A stretch of DNA of 63,957 nucleotides, the filler included, from Octopus bimaculoides (Eukaryota), in assembly GCF_001194135.2 (NCBI RefSeq). It is 5 parts of 5 records of this genome, joined end to end, with 100 filler letters (N's around TTAATTAATTAA, not from the genome) between each part and the next. Parts side by side here need not be neighbours in the genome. Positions count along the whole stretch, not along the records: positions 1 to 10,984 come from NC_068982.1; positions 11,085 to 30,572 come from NC_068990.1; 3 more parts are not named here. One strand, given 5' to 3'. The translations under genes and the position numbers were made by a program. The notes below the pieces were generated by a model. The model made no database searches and was not told where the DNA came from. It saw only the letters and a list, made by a program, of their open reading frames with translations. Shown in pieces: positions 1 to 13,006 of the stretch; within the stretch, counting starts at the first letter, position 1, and each line of letters starts with the position of its first letter.

Positions 1-104
1 AACACTCTAACCACTAAGCTACATGCTCCCACTAAGCCTTATGAATCAATTTGGTTGATGGAAACTGTAAAAAACCTATTGTACGTGTGTGTGTGTGTGT
101 ACGT

Positions 105-265
105 GTGTACAATGAGCTTCTTTCAGTTTCCCCCTACCATATCCACTCACAAGGCTTTGGTTGGCTTGAGGCTATTGTAGAAGACACTTGCCCAAGTTTC
201 CAAGCAGTGGGACTGAACCCGGAACCATGTGGTTGAGAAGCAAGCTTCTTACTACATAGCCACAC
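105..265 (-). mobile_element. tRNA-derived SINE head with CORE-like segment
   Basis: Reverse strand reads gtggctatgtagtaagaagcttgc...ggttccgggttcagtcccactgc...ttgggcaagtgtcttctac. The same head recurs near 4490, 7730, 22975, 23605, 27830, 29800 and 43080. Confidence 0.75.
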
Positions 266-514
266 TTAGGATTGTATGTGAGTTTGTGTGTATTTGTGTC
301 CCCTTGTCTTGACGTTGTGTGGTGGTCACACAGCCAAGTATCCCTATCATACAAGCAATATCATTCCTTTCCAATCTTCTGTGAAAACATATCCAGACAC
401 AGGGGAAACTTTACCTTGTTTGGAAACAGGTGAGGGCTGGCGATAGAAAGGACATCCAGCTGTAGTAAATCAGCCTTAATGAACTCTATCCAGCACATAC
501 ATTCTTTTCTACTC

Positions 515-935
515 TAGGCACAAGGACCAAAATTTTGAGGGAGGGGGCCAGTTGATTAGATTGATCCCAGTACACAACTTGTACTTAATTTATCGACCCC
601 GAAAGGATGAAAGGCAAAGTCAACCTTGGTGGAATTTGAACTCCGAATGTAAAGACAGACAAAATACCGCTAAGCATTTCACCTGGCATGCTAACATTTC
701 TTATTTCTTTATTGCCCATATGGGCTAAACATAGTGGGGACAACCAAGGACAGACAAAGGGATTAAGTCAATTACATCGACCCCAGTGCGTAACTGGTAC
801 TTAATTTATCGACCCCGAAAGGATGAAAGGCAAAGTCGATCTCAGCAGAATTTGAACTCAGAACGTCATGGCAGCCGAAATACTGCTCAGCATTTTGCCC
901 GGCATGCTAACGTTTCTGCCAGCTCGCCACCTTCT
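515..935 (-). mobile_element. Two tandem SINEs with Meta/Nin-like central domain and different 3' tails
   Basis: Both contain (reverse) gactttgcctttcatcctttcggggtcgataaattaagtacc. Further copies near 19080, 20010, 20265, 28430, 29080, 47035 and 53145. Confidence 0.75.
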
Positions 936-2346
936 GTCCAACACATACAAGCATACAAAAGTAGGCATCAAAACAACAATGATAATGATGACAATGATGA
1001 CAATGGCAGTGATGATCATGATGATGGAGAAGTAGAACTAAAGATTATTTATAATGTAAGGACAGCTTAACATTCCAAAGTGACAAGAAACCAAAAAAAC
1101 CACTGACCTGGAAGAGAGGTTCTATCTGACAAACAAGTAACATAATGATGAAATAGTGCAATATATTAGATGAAACAGCATCAGCAATTAATAGGGTTGA
1201 AAGGAATGGAAGAGAGGGTGTCATTGAGAAAAGAAAGTTTGACAATGAAAATGAGACACAAAGTATTTTGACTTGTGAGACCATGTGTCAGAACAAATCA
1301 GTATCATCACAGAAAATTTGGTCAAAAATGATTTGGGTGCACTTGCACCCAGTACTAATGAAAAGAAAGAGACATGAATGTATCATTTAACACATTTGTT
1401 ATCGTATTTCTGTTGAAATATAAAGCCTTTTTTTTAAATTAATTTTGAAAGTAATGAAGAATTTAGTAAAATAATTTTGTTATTTTTAAGCTGGTTAATT
1501 AACAACTTTGACTTTACTGTTGATGTTATCTAGCCCTGAATCAGCCGTAATTGAGCTGATTGTTTGAATGTATTCCAACCATGGCCATCCCATCTTTTTT
1601 TTTTTTTTTTGTCTGGAGTAGGGAGCATAGTGTAACCCCTAAATCACATCATCCAATGTGTCTCCTTTCCATCGGCTGAAATGCTACTCCAATCAATGCA
1701 TCCTTTTGTCTGACACTGGAGGCTAATTGTGGTCAGCTAGGTTCCAAAGAATCCATTTCCTGCCTCAGAAAGACAGATTTTAATTTTAAAATGCAAAAAT
1801 CTGAAACAGATTTTGCAAAGCATCCTATCTGATGCTCTACGAATTCTGTCAATCCACTGCCCTGGACAGGTGCTTAATTAAAGGATGACAAGCAAAGTTC
1901 ACCCCGACAGGATTTGAACACAAAGCACCATGATCCAAAAGACATTCTTTCTGATGCTTCAGGGACACGACCTTTTGATCTAGAATCATCATCATCATCA
2001 TCATCATCATCGTCATCATCATCATCATCATCATCATCATCTGTCTATTTCCCATGCTGGCATGAGTTGGACTGTTTGACAGGAGCCAACATGCTAGAGG
2101 ACTGCACTGAGCTCCAATGTCAGTGTTATGTTTTTATGGTTAGATGTCCTTCCTAGCTCCAATCACTTTACCAAGCATACTGGATACTTGTTACTGTGGC
2201 GATGACACTAGTAAGGTCATCAAGTAACTCACATAACTATATCCCTCACTCAGCTGAGTGGGGGATATAGTACTAAGGAAGGTGGCTTTATGCCAAGTAA
2301 CGAAATGTTAAAGTATGTTAATGGAACATGATGTCTTCCTGTGAAG

Positions 2347-2690
2347 CAGTGGTTCTCAACCATTTCTTATCTATGAACCCCTTTGATTACTCTTTTATTC
2401 TGGTGGTTCCCCATAGCTATTCAATGTTTAAAACTTATTTTATAGATACTTCTTTCAAAAATTACTATTTCGTTTTTCATGCATTAACTTGTGTAGGTTG
2501 AACTATGTAAAATATTAAGGAAACAAAACTTAGCTGTTTTTTGCAATACATACATCTAAAGCAAAACTTTTCATGGGCTCTTAATATACTATTGTGGATC
2601 TCCAATTTACTGTTTTGCTAGCATGGACCCAAACCCCAAAATCTTATATGTATCCCCAGGGCTCATATCGGCCTCAGTTGAGAACCACTG
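2347..2690. mobile_element. hAT (Charlie-like) MITE
   Basis: Perfect 14-bp TIRs CAGTGGTTCTCAAC / GTTGAGAACCACTG; degenerate 8-bp TSD ctgtgaag / ctgttgag. Confidence 0.85.
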
Positions 2691-3189
2691 CTGTTGAGAG
2701 ATACATAGTTATCCCAGCTGAAAAAAGAGATAGTGATGACGAGGGTATAGCCTCAAGGTATAAAGTGAATATAAGTGAAGTGAAACAGAGGATTAGACAA
2801 GGTGAGTGGGATGATAAGTTTGCAGGAGTGTGAAAAGGGAGTGGCAGATGGATAGAGATGGGGATAGAGATAAATGCAGTGTATGGACGAACATGAGTGG
2901 AGGCCTGGTTAATGTAGTTTTAAATTTGTATTCAGACATATAACCCCAAATAGTTATTTACAGGGATAGATAACATCTGTATGATAAAGGGCAGCTAAAG
3001 CAAACACGTGTTTTTGTTGCTAGGAGAGAGACCCTGGCACAGAGTAAGCAACATGTTGATGTCATTTTAGAAAAGGTGAAAAAAAAGAATCAAGAAAGAC
3101 ATGGGATGAAGTGGTGAGAAAGTATTTCCTGACATTGGGCCTCCCAGAGAGGATGGCAAGAGACTGAGACTTCTGGCAGTTTGCTAAGT

Positions 3190-3510
3190 CAAATTGTGGT
3201 TGCTCTTGCATACAGGCATGTCCTCTACATCCCTCTTCAGCTGAGCAATCCTAATCGTACGGGCTTGTGGGTGCTGATGCCACGTAAAAAGCACCTGTAC
3301 CAGTGTCAGATAAAAGCACTCGTACCAGTGCTGCCTAAAAGCACTCAGTACACCCTGTAAAGTGGTGTTGAGAAAGGTATCCAGCCATAGAAACCATGCC
3401 AAAACAGACATGGAGCCTGGGCAGCTCTTTAGCTGGCCAGTTCCTGTCAAACTGTCCAACTCGTGCCAACATGGAAAACAGACATTTAGTGGTGATAATG
3501 ATGATGATAA
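3190..3510 (+). mobile_element. RTE LINE 3' end fragment
   Basis: aaagcactcagtacac...ggtatccagccatagaaacc...tgccaacatggaaaacagacattta + (gat)n tail; copies at 6720, 17100, 19635(-), 23370, 30380, 63450(-). Confidence 0.7.
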
Positions 3511-3779
3511 CAGAGAGAGAAGCATCTATCAAAGAGGAAACATGTCTTTTACCTTAGCTAACTAAGAAAAGGCTTTTAACAGGCTCTTACAACAGTCAAA
3601 TAGGCAAAGAGAAAATGCTAGGTATCTGCCTTGCAGGAGGGCTGTCTAGGCCCTATACAATTTAGTGGCCAATTTGATAAAGAATTTGTGATACAGTTGA
3701 GTATCTGTTAAGATTTTTTGCTCAGTCATATTCCATTTATTTTGTTCTTATAGGTAATCGCACATGAGACTGGAACTGA

Positions 3780-4330
3780 ATGTTATGTGAACTGGGCATT
3801 TATTTTTTATGTTGATGATCTGGTTCTCACAAGAGAAACTATCAAAAATAACTACAGAAAGAAAGCAAAACTTCAATAGGGGATTTGAGTCAAAAAGGCC
3901 CAAAGGTTAACATAGCATCAATTTTGATGCCCGTTGGTTGCAGGCATCACAAAATCCCAACAGTAAATTGGAAGAAAATAGCCAGCATCGTATGTGAAAA
4001 GAGAGTAAACAGATTATCAAAGGTAGGCATTGAATACAAAAATGAGTAAAATTCTGTAATGAGTCTGTAGGGCTTGGTGAATCAAAGCTTTTGATGCACC
4101 AGAATGCTCTGAAGTTGTTTGCAACACAAGCAGCTTTAAAGCAAAGACTACTAAACATTCAAATGGAGAGATAAATCAGATGAAAATGAGATAAATTCTG
4201 TTATAGAGATATACTTGAATGACCCTGACAAATGAGATGATGCATGCTGTATGGGAAAATGCATTAGATTCTTCCGACTCATGCATGAGCGGAAAAACGA
4301 ATATTAAAAAGGCATTGAAGAAGAGATGTG
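3780..4330 (+). mobile_element. Decayed RTE-like ORF2 relic
   Basis: Frameshifted FYVDDLVL (YADD-like) and KGPKVNIA segments recognisable. Confidence 0.45.
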
Positions 4331-4959
4331 TGTAGGGGGTTTTAAATGGTGGCAATAATGCAGGTGGTGATGATTAAAGAAAACATTTAAAGTTTAGAAA
4401 TTTGTGTGTGCATTTGTTAAGAAGACCTGGTCACCTCAACTCGAACAGGTTTAGGATAGAGAAGAATAGCAGATTAAAGGCTTAGGTACAGGTGTAGCTA
4501 TGTAGTTAAGAATTTTGCCTCCCAACCACATGGTTTCAGGATCAGTCCCACTGCATGGGACCTTGGGTAAGTGTCTTTTACTATAGCCCTAGGTCAACCG
4601 AAGCCTTGCAAGTGGATTGGAAGTGGATTTGGAAGTCTGTCATGTATGCATGCATCCATGTTCACTTGAGAGGCCTAATCATCAGACCAAAAGCACAAAT
4701 TTAGTCTGCAGCCTGTGGCAAACTCTATAAGTCTCTCACTGGCTTCATGAGTCAGGGTCAATCTCATGTTCGTAGAACAATCAGTTATGTCAACTTGTCA
4801 GCAATGGTCATGCTTGTCCAGTGAGTGGACAGCCATCATGTATGTGTGTGTATATGTATGTTCTTCTCTTTTTAATTTTAGAGTAAATTTTGACCAGCCA
4901 GCTACTTGGTAGCAAAGTTGTGAAAGAAAGTATCTTGCTTTGCTCATCATCCTTTAAAT

Positions 4960-5340
4960 CTTAAAATCTTGTTGCTTCTATAGTCCAAGATATCGTGATC
5001 ATTTGTAGTGTATGAATTAAGGATTTGCATTCTCTCCCCAAGATCCCAAGTTCAGCCATACTTTGCTCCAGGTGGGTTATTATGTATCCTGTTGTTCTGG
5101 TAATATTAAGTATGAAGCTAAAAGTGTATCTTGAGTAGTGGATCTGTAAACTCCTTATCAATGATCTATAGATTTCCTCATTCTCTTGTATTTTTCTAAC
5201 CACATTGGTGCCCAGAGAGCATCTGATTTCCACTACAGAACACATCTTTTCTTTGTGGTCCCATACAGATATTTGGCTGGTATTTTAACTTGGTAGCTGT
5301 TTTAATCTTTAAGTTCCAGCAATATTCTTTTCACCCATTG
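4960..5340 (-). mobile_element. Restriction-like endonuclease C-terminus of an R4/Dong/Hero-type non-LTR retrotransposon
   Basis: Minus frame ISVWDHKEKMCSVVEIRCSLGTNVVRKIQENEEIYRSL...FSFILNITRTTGYI resembles the PD-(D/E)xK tail of these clades. Confidence 0.6.
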
Positions 5341-5969
5341 GTCTCAATATGGTCAACTTCGTTTTTAGTATTTTCTTTTTTGTTATCTTGTTCCAGACTA
5401 TTCTGGTCACTGCATTATGTCTCATGGGAAGATATCTAGAAGACATTCTCTCACAGTTGGCAATAATGTGGCTGATGTCTTCAGTCTTGGTTTACATGTG
5501 TGTGTGTGTGTGTGTGCGTGTGTGTGTGCATGCACACATGTGCATGCGTGTGTGTGTGTCAGTGTCTCTTTATCTTAACATCATATGATAATTGTAAACA
5601 AGTGTCACCATCATACAAATATCTTCAATATTTTCACTCTTCAGTGGAAAACATGTCTGGTCATGGGGAAATATTACCTTACTTAGAAACAGATGAGAGT
5701 TGGTGACAGGAAGGGCATCCAACAGAAGAAAAATCTGCTTTAACAAATTCCATGTGATCCATGCGAGCTTGGAAAAGAGGATGTTAAAACAATGATGATG
5801 ATACTTGCAGGTGAACCATTCTTAATATAAAATGTCTGACATATCAATAATAACACTGTTTAACACAGTTTTTGTCCTTGGGTATTATCTGTTATTTTCT
5901 ATTTGCTTACTCCCCAGAAAGTATGAAAAATGGCTAATATTTCCTTCAAATTTTGCTTTTGTTACATTT

Positions 5970-6140
5970 ATTCAAACCCCAAAGAATCCCTCTCAACACA
6001 TGGCTATGATGCTCCCCCACTATTCCTGCTCATGATCAGAGATGTACATATTGTCATCCACTGAGGGACATGCTCAAGTGGTTATGGCCAACCATCTGAC
6101 AAGCAAATCTGTGGTATTGAGCAGAATATTTGCTATAATG
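5970..6140 (+). mobile_element. Dispersed repeat fragment (family also at 20500-20890 minus and about 26640)
   Basis: ccccaaagaatccctctcaacacatggctatgatgctccccc...gacaagcaaatctgtggtattgagcagaatatttgct is the reverse complement of part of 20500-20890. Confidence 0.65.
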
Positions 6141-6884
6141 ATATTCCTGCTTCAGCAGCTCAGCACTGAATCTGTCTGAAATGTACTGGAAAAATAAGTC
6201 AGTTTCAAAACATTGATGCCCAGGTCACAAAAGCAAAGTTTGAAGGGAATAGTAGTCATTTCCTTTGATTTCTAGATAGAAGCAAATAGGAAATAATACT
6301 GACTGACTAAAGTAAAAAAAAATCAAATTTTGTTACACAACGTAATAAGCTTATTGTATACTGTGCTCAGGTGGATTACAACTCATTGGAAAAGGGTAAA
6401 ACAAGTGACGGAATGCAACAATAAAAGAGCCATTAAGTGCAAAAGTTTTATAGACACATCAGGAGTAGTGTTGGCAATGTAATTAATGTTTCATCAATAT
6501 CTGAAACTAGTTTATGTTTTAACATGGGGTGTAACATCCTTAGATCTAGAACTTAGAACTTGTGATACCATTTCAAAAACAATGAGGAATTTGTCGAAGA
6601 AAAATCAGTGGCTGAACCTACAAGTTGAGTAACTATATAGAAACTACTAGCTGGCTCACTAAATTGTTAGTGATAAGTTCTCTACTTGGTCAATGGAAAT
6701 TTTAGTCTTGCAAGCTGCATGGCAACCTCACAAGTGATGGTGCTTTGAAAAAAAGCACCCAGTACACTCTGTAAAGTGGCTGGTGTTAGGAAGAATATCC
6801 AGCCATAGAAACCATGCCAAAGCTGGCAGTGGAGCATGGTGCAGTCTTCAGACTCATCAGCAGCAGAAAAGCATAATATGCCCT

Positions 6885-7700
6885 GTTAATTGTGGTGCCT
6901 TTGCCAGAAAATCCATCATCACTACTCCATGCTAGTCCCAAAAGACTGTGAGCATCCCCCTGCCTGCTGAAGTTTGGACATGAGCTTTCTTTGGAGGTGG
7001 TGAGTTATCATGCTTCCATTGCTTCAACTTGACTTTAGTCTCAGGATCATAGTGATAGACCCATGTTTCATCCTGTGTGATAAGTCTGCTGAAAATGTCC
7101 TCCTCGTCTTCTTGGCACATTGCCAAATGTGCCTAGGAGCAATTGACTCATTCCTGCTTCTGAAAAGGTGTGAGCATCCATGGAATCCATTGTCCAGACA
7201 ACTAATGCATGTGCAAATGGTTGTGAATGATTTTTTTCCATGGACCCTACACTTATCTTGACTTCTTAGGCTAGTTGCTGATGATCTTCCAAAATGGTGG
7301 CTTCCATTTTATGGATGGTGTCATCATCAATGGCAGAATGTGCTTGTCCAGGAATAGGAGCAGTTTCCACCAATGTCTGACCACATTTGAACTGGTGAAG
7401 CCAGTGCTTGACTATATTGTATGATGATGCATAGTTACTATAAACTTCTTTCATCTCATCAAAATTCTCTTTTGGTGTACAACCTTTCAAGTATTAGAAC
7501 TTGATCACTGATCTGCATTCAACTGCCTCCATCATAACACCTTAGTCCACTTCAGCAGCTGTAAAAGACAAACAAATACTAGTGGAAAGCTGCAATTTAT
7601 AACGTGACATGTAGAGACATGTATGATTATACCTGCATAAGTTCTGTTTTCTGCAATAACCAGAAGTGGGTCAAGAGAAATCTTTAATGAACACTCCTTG
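6885..7700 (-). mobile_element. Decayed mariner transposon
   Basis: Minus ORFs ...LITQDETWVYHYDPETK...KKAHVQTSAGRGMLTVFWD and an HTH region; TA + caaggagtgttca TIR-like end at 7700. Confidence 0.9.
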
Positions 7701-8261
7701 TACACATACAGACATACACATACACGATGGGCTTCTTTCAGTTTCTATCTGCCTAATCCACTTGCTAGGATTTGGTTATCCTGAGGTTATAGTAGAAGAC
7801 ACTTGCCCAAGTTGCCACATGGTGGAACTGAACCCAAAACTATGTGGTTCAGAATCAAACCTGTTAATCAAATAGCCAGCAAAAAAATTAATATGATAAT
7901 AAATATGAAGGAATACAATAATGAATAAATAAATAGGTATTGAATATAGAAAATCTGTAAAGGATAGAGGAAAATGAATAGGAAAGGATGTCTATTTGCT
8001 GTGCGTAAAGGTAAGATCTGAATATCAAACTCAACTGCTGGTATATATATTAAAGAGAAATATCTTCCCTGGTGAGGACATTCACCTGAAGGATGGGGGC
8101 TGGGTTGAAATCTGTCTTGTATCTTTCATATCAGATGAAAATGAAGATAAAACTTGGGATTTTACAATGACAGGTCTTAGAGATACTAAATTAGAAAATC
8201 TGTGATGTGATATTTCTTTTTACTACAGATTCATTAAACACATCACCATGAGAAAATGAAG

Positions 8262-8640
8262 ATTAACTCTTAAGTATTTAAACTGACTATATATCTGGCC
8301 AAAATATTCTACCTGTTTTGTGTTCAAACTGGCCATATCTTGCCTCTCACATTTATCCTACAATGTTATTCTATAAATAAATGCTCGTGTCATTGAAATT
8401 TCAAAGCTACAAGATAATGCCTTTGTTTTTTTTTTTTTCTCTTTTGCAAATTGTGATGATTGAATTAACCCTTTAGCATTTAAACCAGCCAAATCCAGCC
8501 CAAATTTCTACACATTTTATGTTCAAACTGGCTAAATTTGGTCTCTCGCACTTACCATACAATGTCCATCTAAAAATATACAATTACATCATTTGAAATC
8601 TTGAAACTGTGAGATAATGCATGATTCAAACCAATTTGAA
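8262..8640 (+). mobile_element. Two tandem degenerate piggyBac-type (TTAA) MITE ends
   Basis: Units begin ttaactcttaagtatttaaac (8262) and ttaaccctttagcatttaaac (about 8465) and share gttcaaactgg...tacaatgt...gataatgc. Confidence 0.55.
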
Positions 8641-8647
8641 TAAACAT

Positions 8648-8830
8648 CCCAACCTGTGGTGTTTGAGATGTTTGGAGGGACTGGGCCACTAACTGTGAAG
8701 TTCTTGTCATCATTGGTAGCTTGCCTCACCAAGGTGTGAGGTGATGCTCATGAGGGCGCTTGGCTTTTCCAATGCCTCAGCCTCACCATCGCTCATGGTA
8801 ATGCTGTAAACATGCTGGCTTGCTTCAGTA
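8648..8830 (+). mobile_element. CRE-clade retrotransposon C-terminal relic
   Basis: Translates PVVFEMFGGTGPLTVKFLSSL...GDAHEGAWLFQCLSLTIAHGNAVNML (one stop), matching the F.P.A.ET.G..GP...QRLS.A..RGNA pattern. Confidence 0.65.
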
Positions 8831-9332
8831 GGTTCCATTGAACCTTGTGGTGTGCAACCAACTGAAGCACTTGGTGCTACAGTGATATTTTTCTCCTTCT
8901 TCTCTTTTTCTCTTTTTTTTTCTCTTCCCTTCTGTTTTTTCTGCTTTTTTTCTTTTCTTTGTCTTTCTTTTTGTGAAACTTACATCATGGAAGAATCATG
9001 ACTATTGTTTAGGATTTGTATTTTAACATCATTTTGTATTATTCATACATCATATACATGCGTGTTCTATATGTAATAAAAGTAGCCAATATTTTGACAG
9101 AATAATCTGCTGCTATATCCAGCATGTCAAGCACAACATAGCTCATTAAACTTATTATTTTTTAGTTTCTATTATTGTTTTCAGCTCTCCTTCAACCTTC
9201 TACCATTGTCCCAACAACAACTAGCCCTTCCTCTACATGTAAAGTATATCAGCCTTTATGTAGTCATACAAAGAAGCAAAGAGTTGTGACCTCCTCATCC
9301 TCATCCTCCCTGTATTATAGACGTCTTTGTAG

Positions 9333-9720
9333 AAGCGCAATGGCCCTGTGGTTAGGGCAGTGGACTCGTGGTCAAAGGATCGCGGTTTCGATTCCCAGAC
9401 TGGGCGTTGTGAGTGTTTATTGAGCAAAAACACCTAAAGCTCCACGAGGCTTCAGCAGAGGATGGTGGCGAACCCTGCTGTACTCTTTCACCACAACTTT
9501 CTCTCACTCTTACTTCCTGTTGGATTATATTATTCAATATCTCATTCTTGCTTTTCAAAGGGTCAGCCTTGTCACACTGTGTCACGCTGAATATCCCCGA
9601 GGACTATGCTAAGGGTGGAGTGCTCAGCCACTTGCACATTAATTTCATGAGCAGGCTGTTCCGTTGATCGGATCAACTGGAACCCTCGATGTTGTAAGCG
9701 ACAGAGTGCCAACAACAACA
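9333..9720 (+). mobile_element. Full-length tRNA-derived SINE with (CAA)n tail
   Basis: A box tggccctgtggttagg, B box ggtttcgattccc, tail gagtgccaacaacaaca; second copy at 56242-56634 minus. Confidence 0.9.
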
Positions 9721-10984
9721 ATATAGACATCTTTATAGTTCACTGGTTGTAGTTTAAATGATGAACTGAATTTAAAAAGAAAATAAAACAGAAAAAAAAA
9801 AGAAAAGAAATCACTGCAAACTACAATAATCCCAATTTGACCAGCAATCCAAAGGTTACCAATTTCGATCTCACCTGTGGAACTTTAGAATTCAATTGTC
9901 TGTTTATTTTCAACACCCATATATGTTTGTATACATACATACATACATACATACATACATACACACACATACATACATACATACAAACATACATACATAC
10001 ATGCATACATACATACATACATACATACGTACACAAAAACATATACATGCATGGATACATACAAACATGCTTGCTTACATGCATGTACACATACTTACAT
10101 TCATGCATACCTCAATGCATGCATACATACACATACATATACACACTCACATATACATACACACACAAACATGTAGTAGTTATACATATAAATACGATTC
10201 ATGTATATAAATTTATTGATACACACAAATAGCAAGATACATATAAACTTTATCTATTTATCTATCAATGTTATGCCTTTATCTGCTGCACTTACACAAA
10301 CCCACTACATAAACACTTGTATTCCAACATTTATACTTATATAAAACATATGTAAAGCAATAATATATATGTATGTGAGATGTGTGTATATACATGCATA
10401 TATATATATACACTTATCTTATGTAGATATATTTCATATATGTTCATATATATCTATATCTATCTATCAATCTATATATATATATATATGTATATATATA
10501 TGAGTGTGTGTGTGTGTATGCATTATATGTAAGTCTATGCGCACACAAATACATTCCAATATGTAGATACAAACAAACATAAATTATAAATACTTCATGA
10601 AACAGAGACATGCTTAACACACACAAAAAGATCAACACATACATACTTATGTATTCATGCACACACACACATACACAAACACACACACACACACACACAT
10701 ACACAGATACATACACAGACATGCACACAACAAGACCTATAGATTGTTTAGTTTTATGCAACTTATTGCAACGTGTATTCATCAATGACGAACAGCGATT
10801 GTCGTTTCCTTTGCAGAGAGAGAGAGAGAGAGAGAGAAACAGACACACAAAGAGAAAGAGGGAATGAGAAAGAGAGAGAGAGTGACAGACAGACAGATAG
10901 AAAGAGAGAGAGAGAGAGAGAGACGTAGAAAGAGACAGAGAGAACTGCAACTGGCAATATGACGGCAAAATTTACCCCTGCCTC

Positions 10985-11084
10985 NNNNNNNNNNNNNNNN
11001 NNNNNNNNNNNNNNNNNNNNNNNNNNNNTTAATTAATTAANNNNNNNNNNNNNNNNNNNNNNNNNNNNNNNNNNNNNNNNNNNN
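10985..11084. other. Artificial assembly spacer N44-TTAATTAATTAA-N44
   Basis: Exactly 100 nt; palindromic 12-mer with stops in all six frames; identical at 30573-30672, 55605-55704 and 61106-61205. Confidence 0.95.
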
Positions 11085-11116
<32 letters not shown>

Positions 11117-11274
11117 GTATTCCTGGATTGCATAACTGACCGAGTATGTACCGGTTATAGATCTAATACTCCTTAATCAATCGGCAACACCTTCTTATCA
11201 CACTTAATGTTTTATTCTTAATGTCACCCAACCTTTTGTTGTCTTTTTGCTATAATTTCATCTCTTATTTCCAG

Positions 11275-11367
11275 TGGGGCTACTGCAGTAGCAGCATCAT
11301 CTATCATTACACCAAACCTGAACGCAATGAAATCTGTGTTGTTTTCTGGGAAACAGTCAAAGATATT
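11275..11367 (+). CDS. WDR35: WDR35/IFT121 internal exon 1 of 10 in window (phase 0/0)
   Basis: ttccag|TGG...ATT|gtaagt; 93 nt encoding WGYCSSSIIYHYTKPERNEICVVFWETVKDI, matching recalled vertebrate WDR35 [28 protein letters not shown]. Confidence 0.95.
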
Positions 11368-12113
11368 GTAAGTTTTGCCTCTTTTAATCATCACCTTATT
11401 ATCTTCTGTTGCTACTAAATCAGTCTCTGTTTTCCGACATAATTTAATATGCACCTCCTCTACGTTTGCATGTAGGGGAGACAACTCTTGGATCTATTTA
11501 TCCTAGTTTGAGTATAATTTCTCTTTATATCTAAACTGCACTAAAAACCGCTTGAAATAATATAATAATCAACCGGTTATTTTCATGAAAATTAGTGAGT
11601 CCCTAACTGTTTCTTTGCTTAATATTATCATCTGGTTATTGGTATTGTCTTAAAGTAATCACAATAAGTGATTCCCTGTTTTGTAAAGTCTGCAGAAGTG
11701 ATAAGCACTAACCTTGTTTACTACTTGTTATGTAATTTTGTATCGTTTTTTTTTTTTTTACCTAGTTTTGGGTTTTTGCTCAGTTTTTGTAGAAAAATTT
11801 CGTCAAATAACGTCATTATGATCAGCTCATTTCATAGTAAATAGCTCGAATTCTTTTTTTTTTTTTTTTGGTATTAGTTGAGTAGTTTTAAAATATTGAT
11901 TAAAAAAATCATTTTGTCAAATATTGTATTTCTCATCTTCATTATCTTTTCCGTCGTCTCCACCCTTTACCAATACCACCATCCCCACTATTGTTATTTG
12001 TCTTCTCCACCATCAGTCACCTTCATCACCTCTAGTACCATCTCTCACAATATCTTTATTGTTTAACTAATATACTGTTATTTTCTTTCTGTTTTTTTAT
12101 TGTTTCCTTAAAG

Positions 12114-12206
12114 AAATATGTCAAATATATGAACAGTTTTGTGAACATTGCCACCCATGGAGATTATTGTTGTATTGTGACAAAGAGTGAGGAGATGGAA
12201 GATCAG
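12114..12206 (+). CDS. WDR35: WDR35 exon 2 in window (phase 0/0)
   Basis: ttaaag|AAA...CAG|gtaaag; KYVKYMNSFVNIATHGDYCCIVTKSEEMEDQ vs [31 protein letters not shown]. Not in the supplied ORF track. Confidence 0.93.
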
Positions 12207-12269
12207 GTAAAGATCAAGTCTTTTTTTTATCATTACGGTTTTTTATAATATTAAACAAAGAAAAAAACA

Positions 12270-13006
12270 AAGATACTTTGCCATTATTATGATTGTTTAA
12301 AACATTATTTAACATAAAATTTTGATGGAACATTATAATTGAGATCACTTTAAAACAAGAGGTCTGTATTGTAGAACTCAGGGTAGTCTCAGGTAGGTTG
12401 GTATCAAAAGGATTAAGGACTTGAATTAAATATTGTATTTTTAATTTCTTTAACGAACAACAGAACTAAAAATTAAACTACACTTAGTAGAACAGCCTTC
12501 CAAATGTTGACTGTGTGAATTTTTTATTATTTTTGTGAATTTGAAAGAAAAGCTTAAAATGTCTGTAAGTTCCTAATAGTAAAAAAAATGTTTAACTCTT
12601 TTGTTAGAATATTTCTCTTGAAATACATTGCCTTTTAGAATATAATGAAGAATTTAGTGAAGTAACTTCATCATTATTAAGCTGGCATTTAGAAACATAA
12701 CATAAAATTTTGATGAAAGATTTTTAATTTAGAACAGGCAGGTTGGTAATAAAAGAGTGAAAATACATAAAGATACTTTAGAAAATGTGCCAAACACTAT
12801 ATTTCTGTTGACATACATTATCTTTGCTTCAATTAATTTTGAAAGTAATGAAGAATTTTGTAAAATAACCTTGTTATTATTAATCTGATGCTTGGAACAT
12901 AACATGAAAGTTTGATGAAAGGTTTTAATTAAATCCACTTTAAATCAGGAAGTTTATATTGTAGAACTAGGGACAGTTTCAGGTAAGTTAGTATCAAAAG
13001 GATGAA
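12270..13006 (+). mobile_element. Three tandem degenerate piggyBac-type MITE copies in a WDR35 intron
   Basis: Shared aacataaaattttgatg and ends ggttggtatcaaaaggattaa (12416), ggttggtaataaaagagtgaa (12761), agttagtatcaaaaggatgaa (13006); start ttaactcttttgtta at 12592; related piece near 1390-1500. Confidence 0.65.

Noticed and set aside
9185-9238. Possible upstream exon (ttttcag...gtaaag)
   Set aside because: No frame resembles WDR35 or any protein I recognise.
9333-9410. tRNA-like A/B boxes
   Set aside because: SINE heads continuing into repeat bodies; no complete cloverleaf, so no tRNA gene is called.
9821-10968. His/Thr/Tyr/Val/Cys-rich ORFs (also at 14 kb, 24.6 kb, 41.8 kb, 61.3 kb)
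   Set aside because: Translations of (CA)n, (AT)n, (TACA)n and (GA)n repeats, with no splice or homology support.
11029-11040. Perfectly repeated palindrome TTAATTAATTAA (PacI-like) at four sites
   Set aside because: Always centred in exactly 100-nt N spacers; an assembly linker, not biology.
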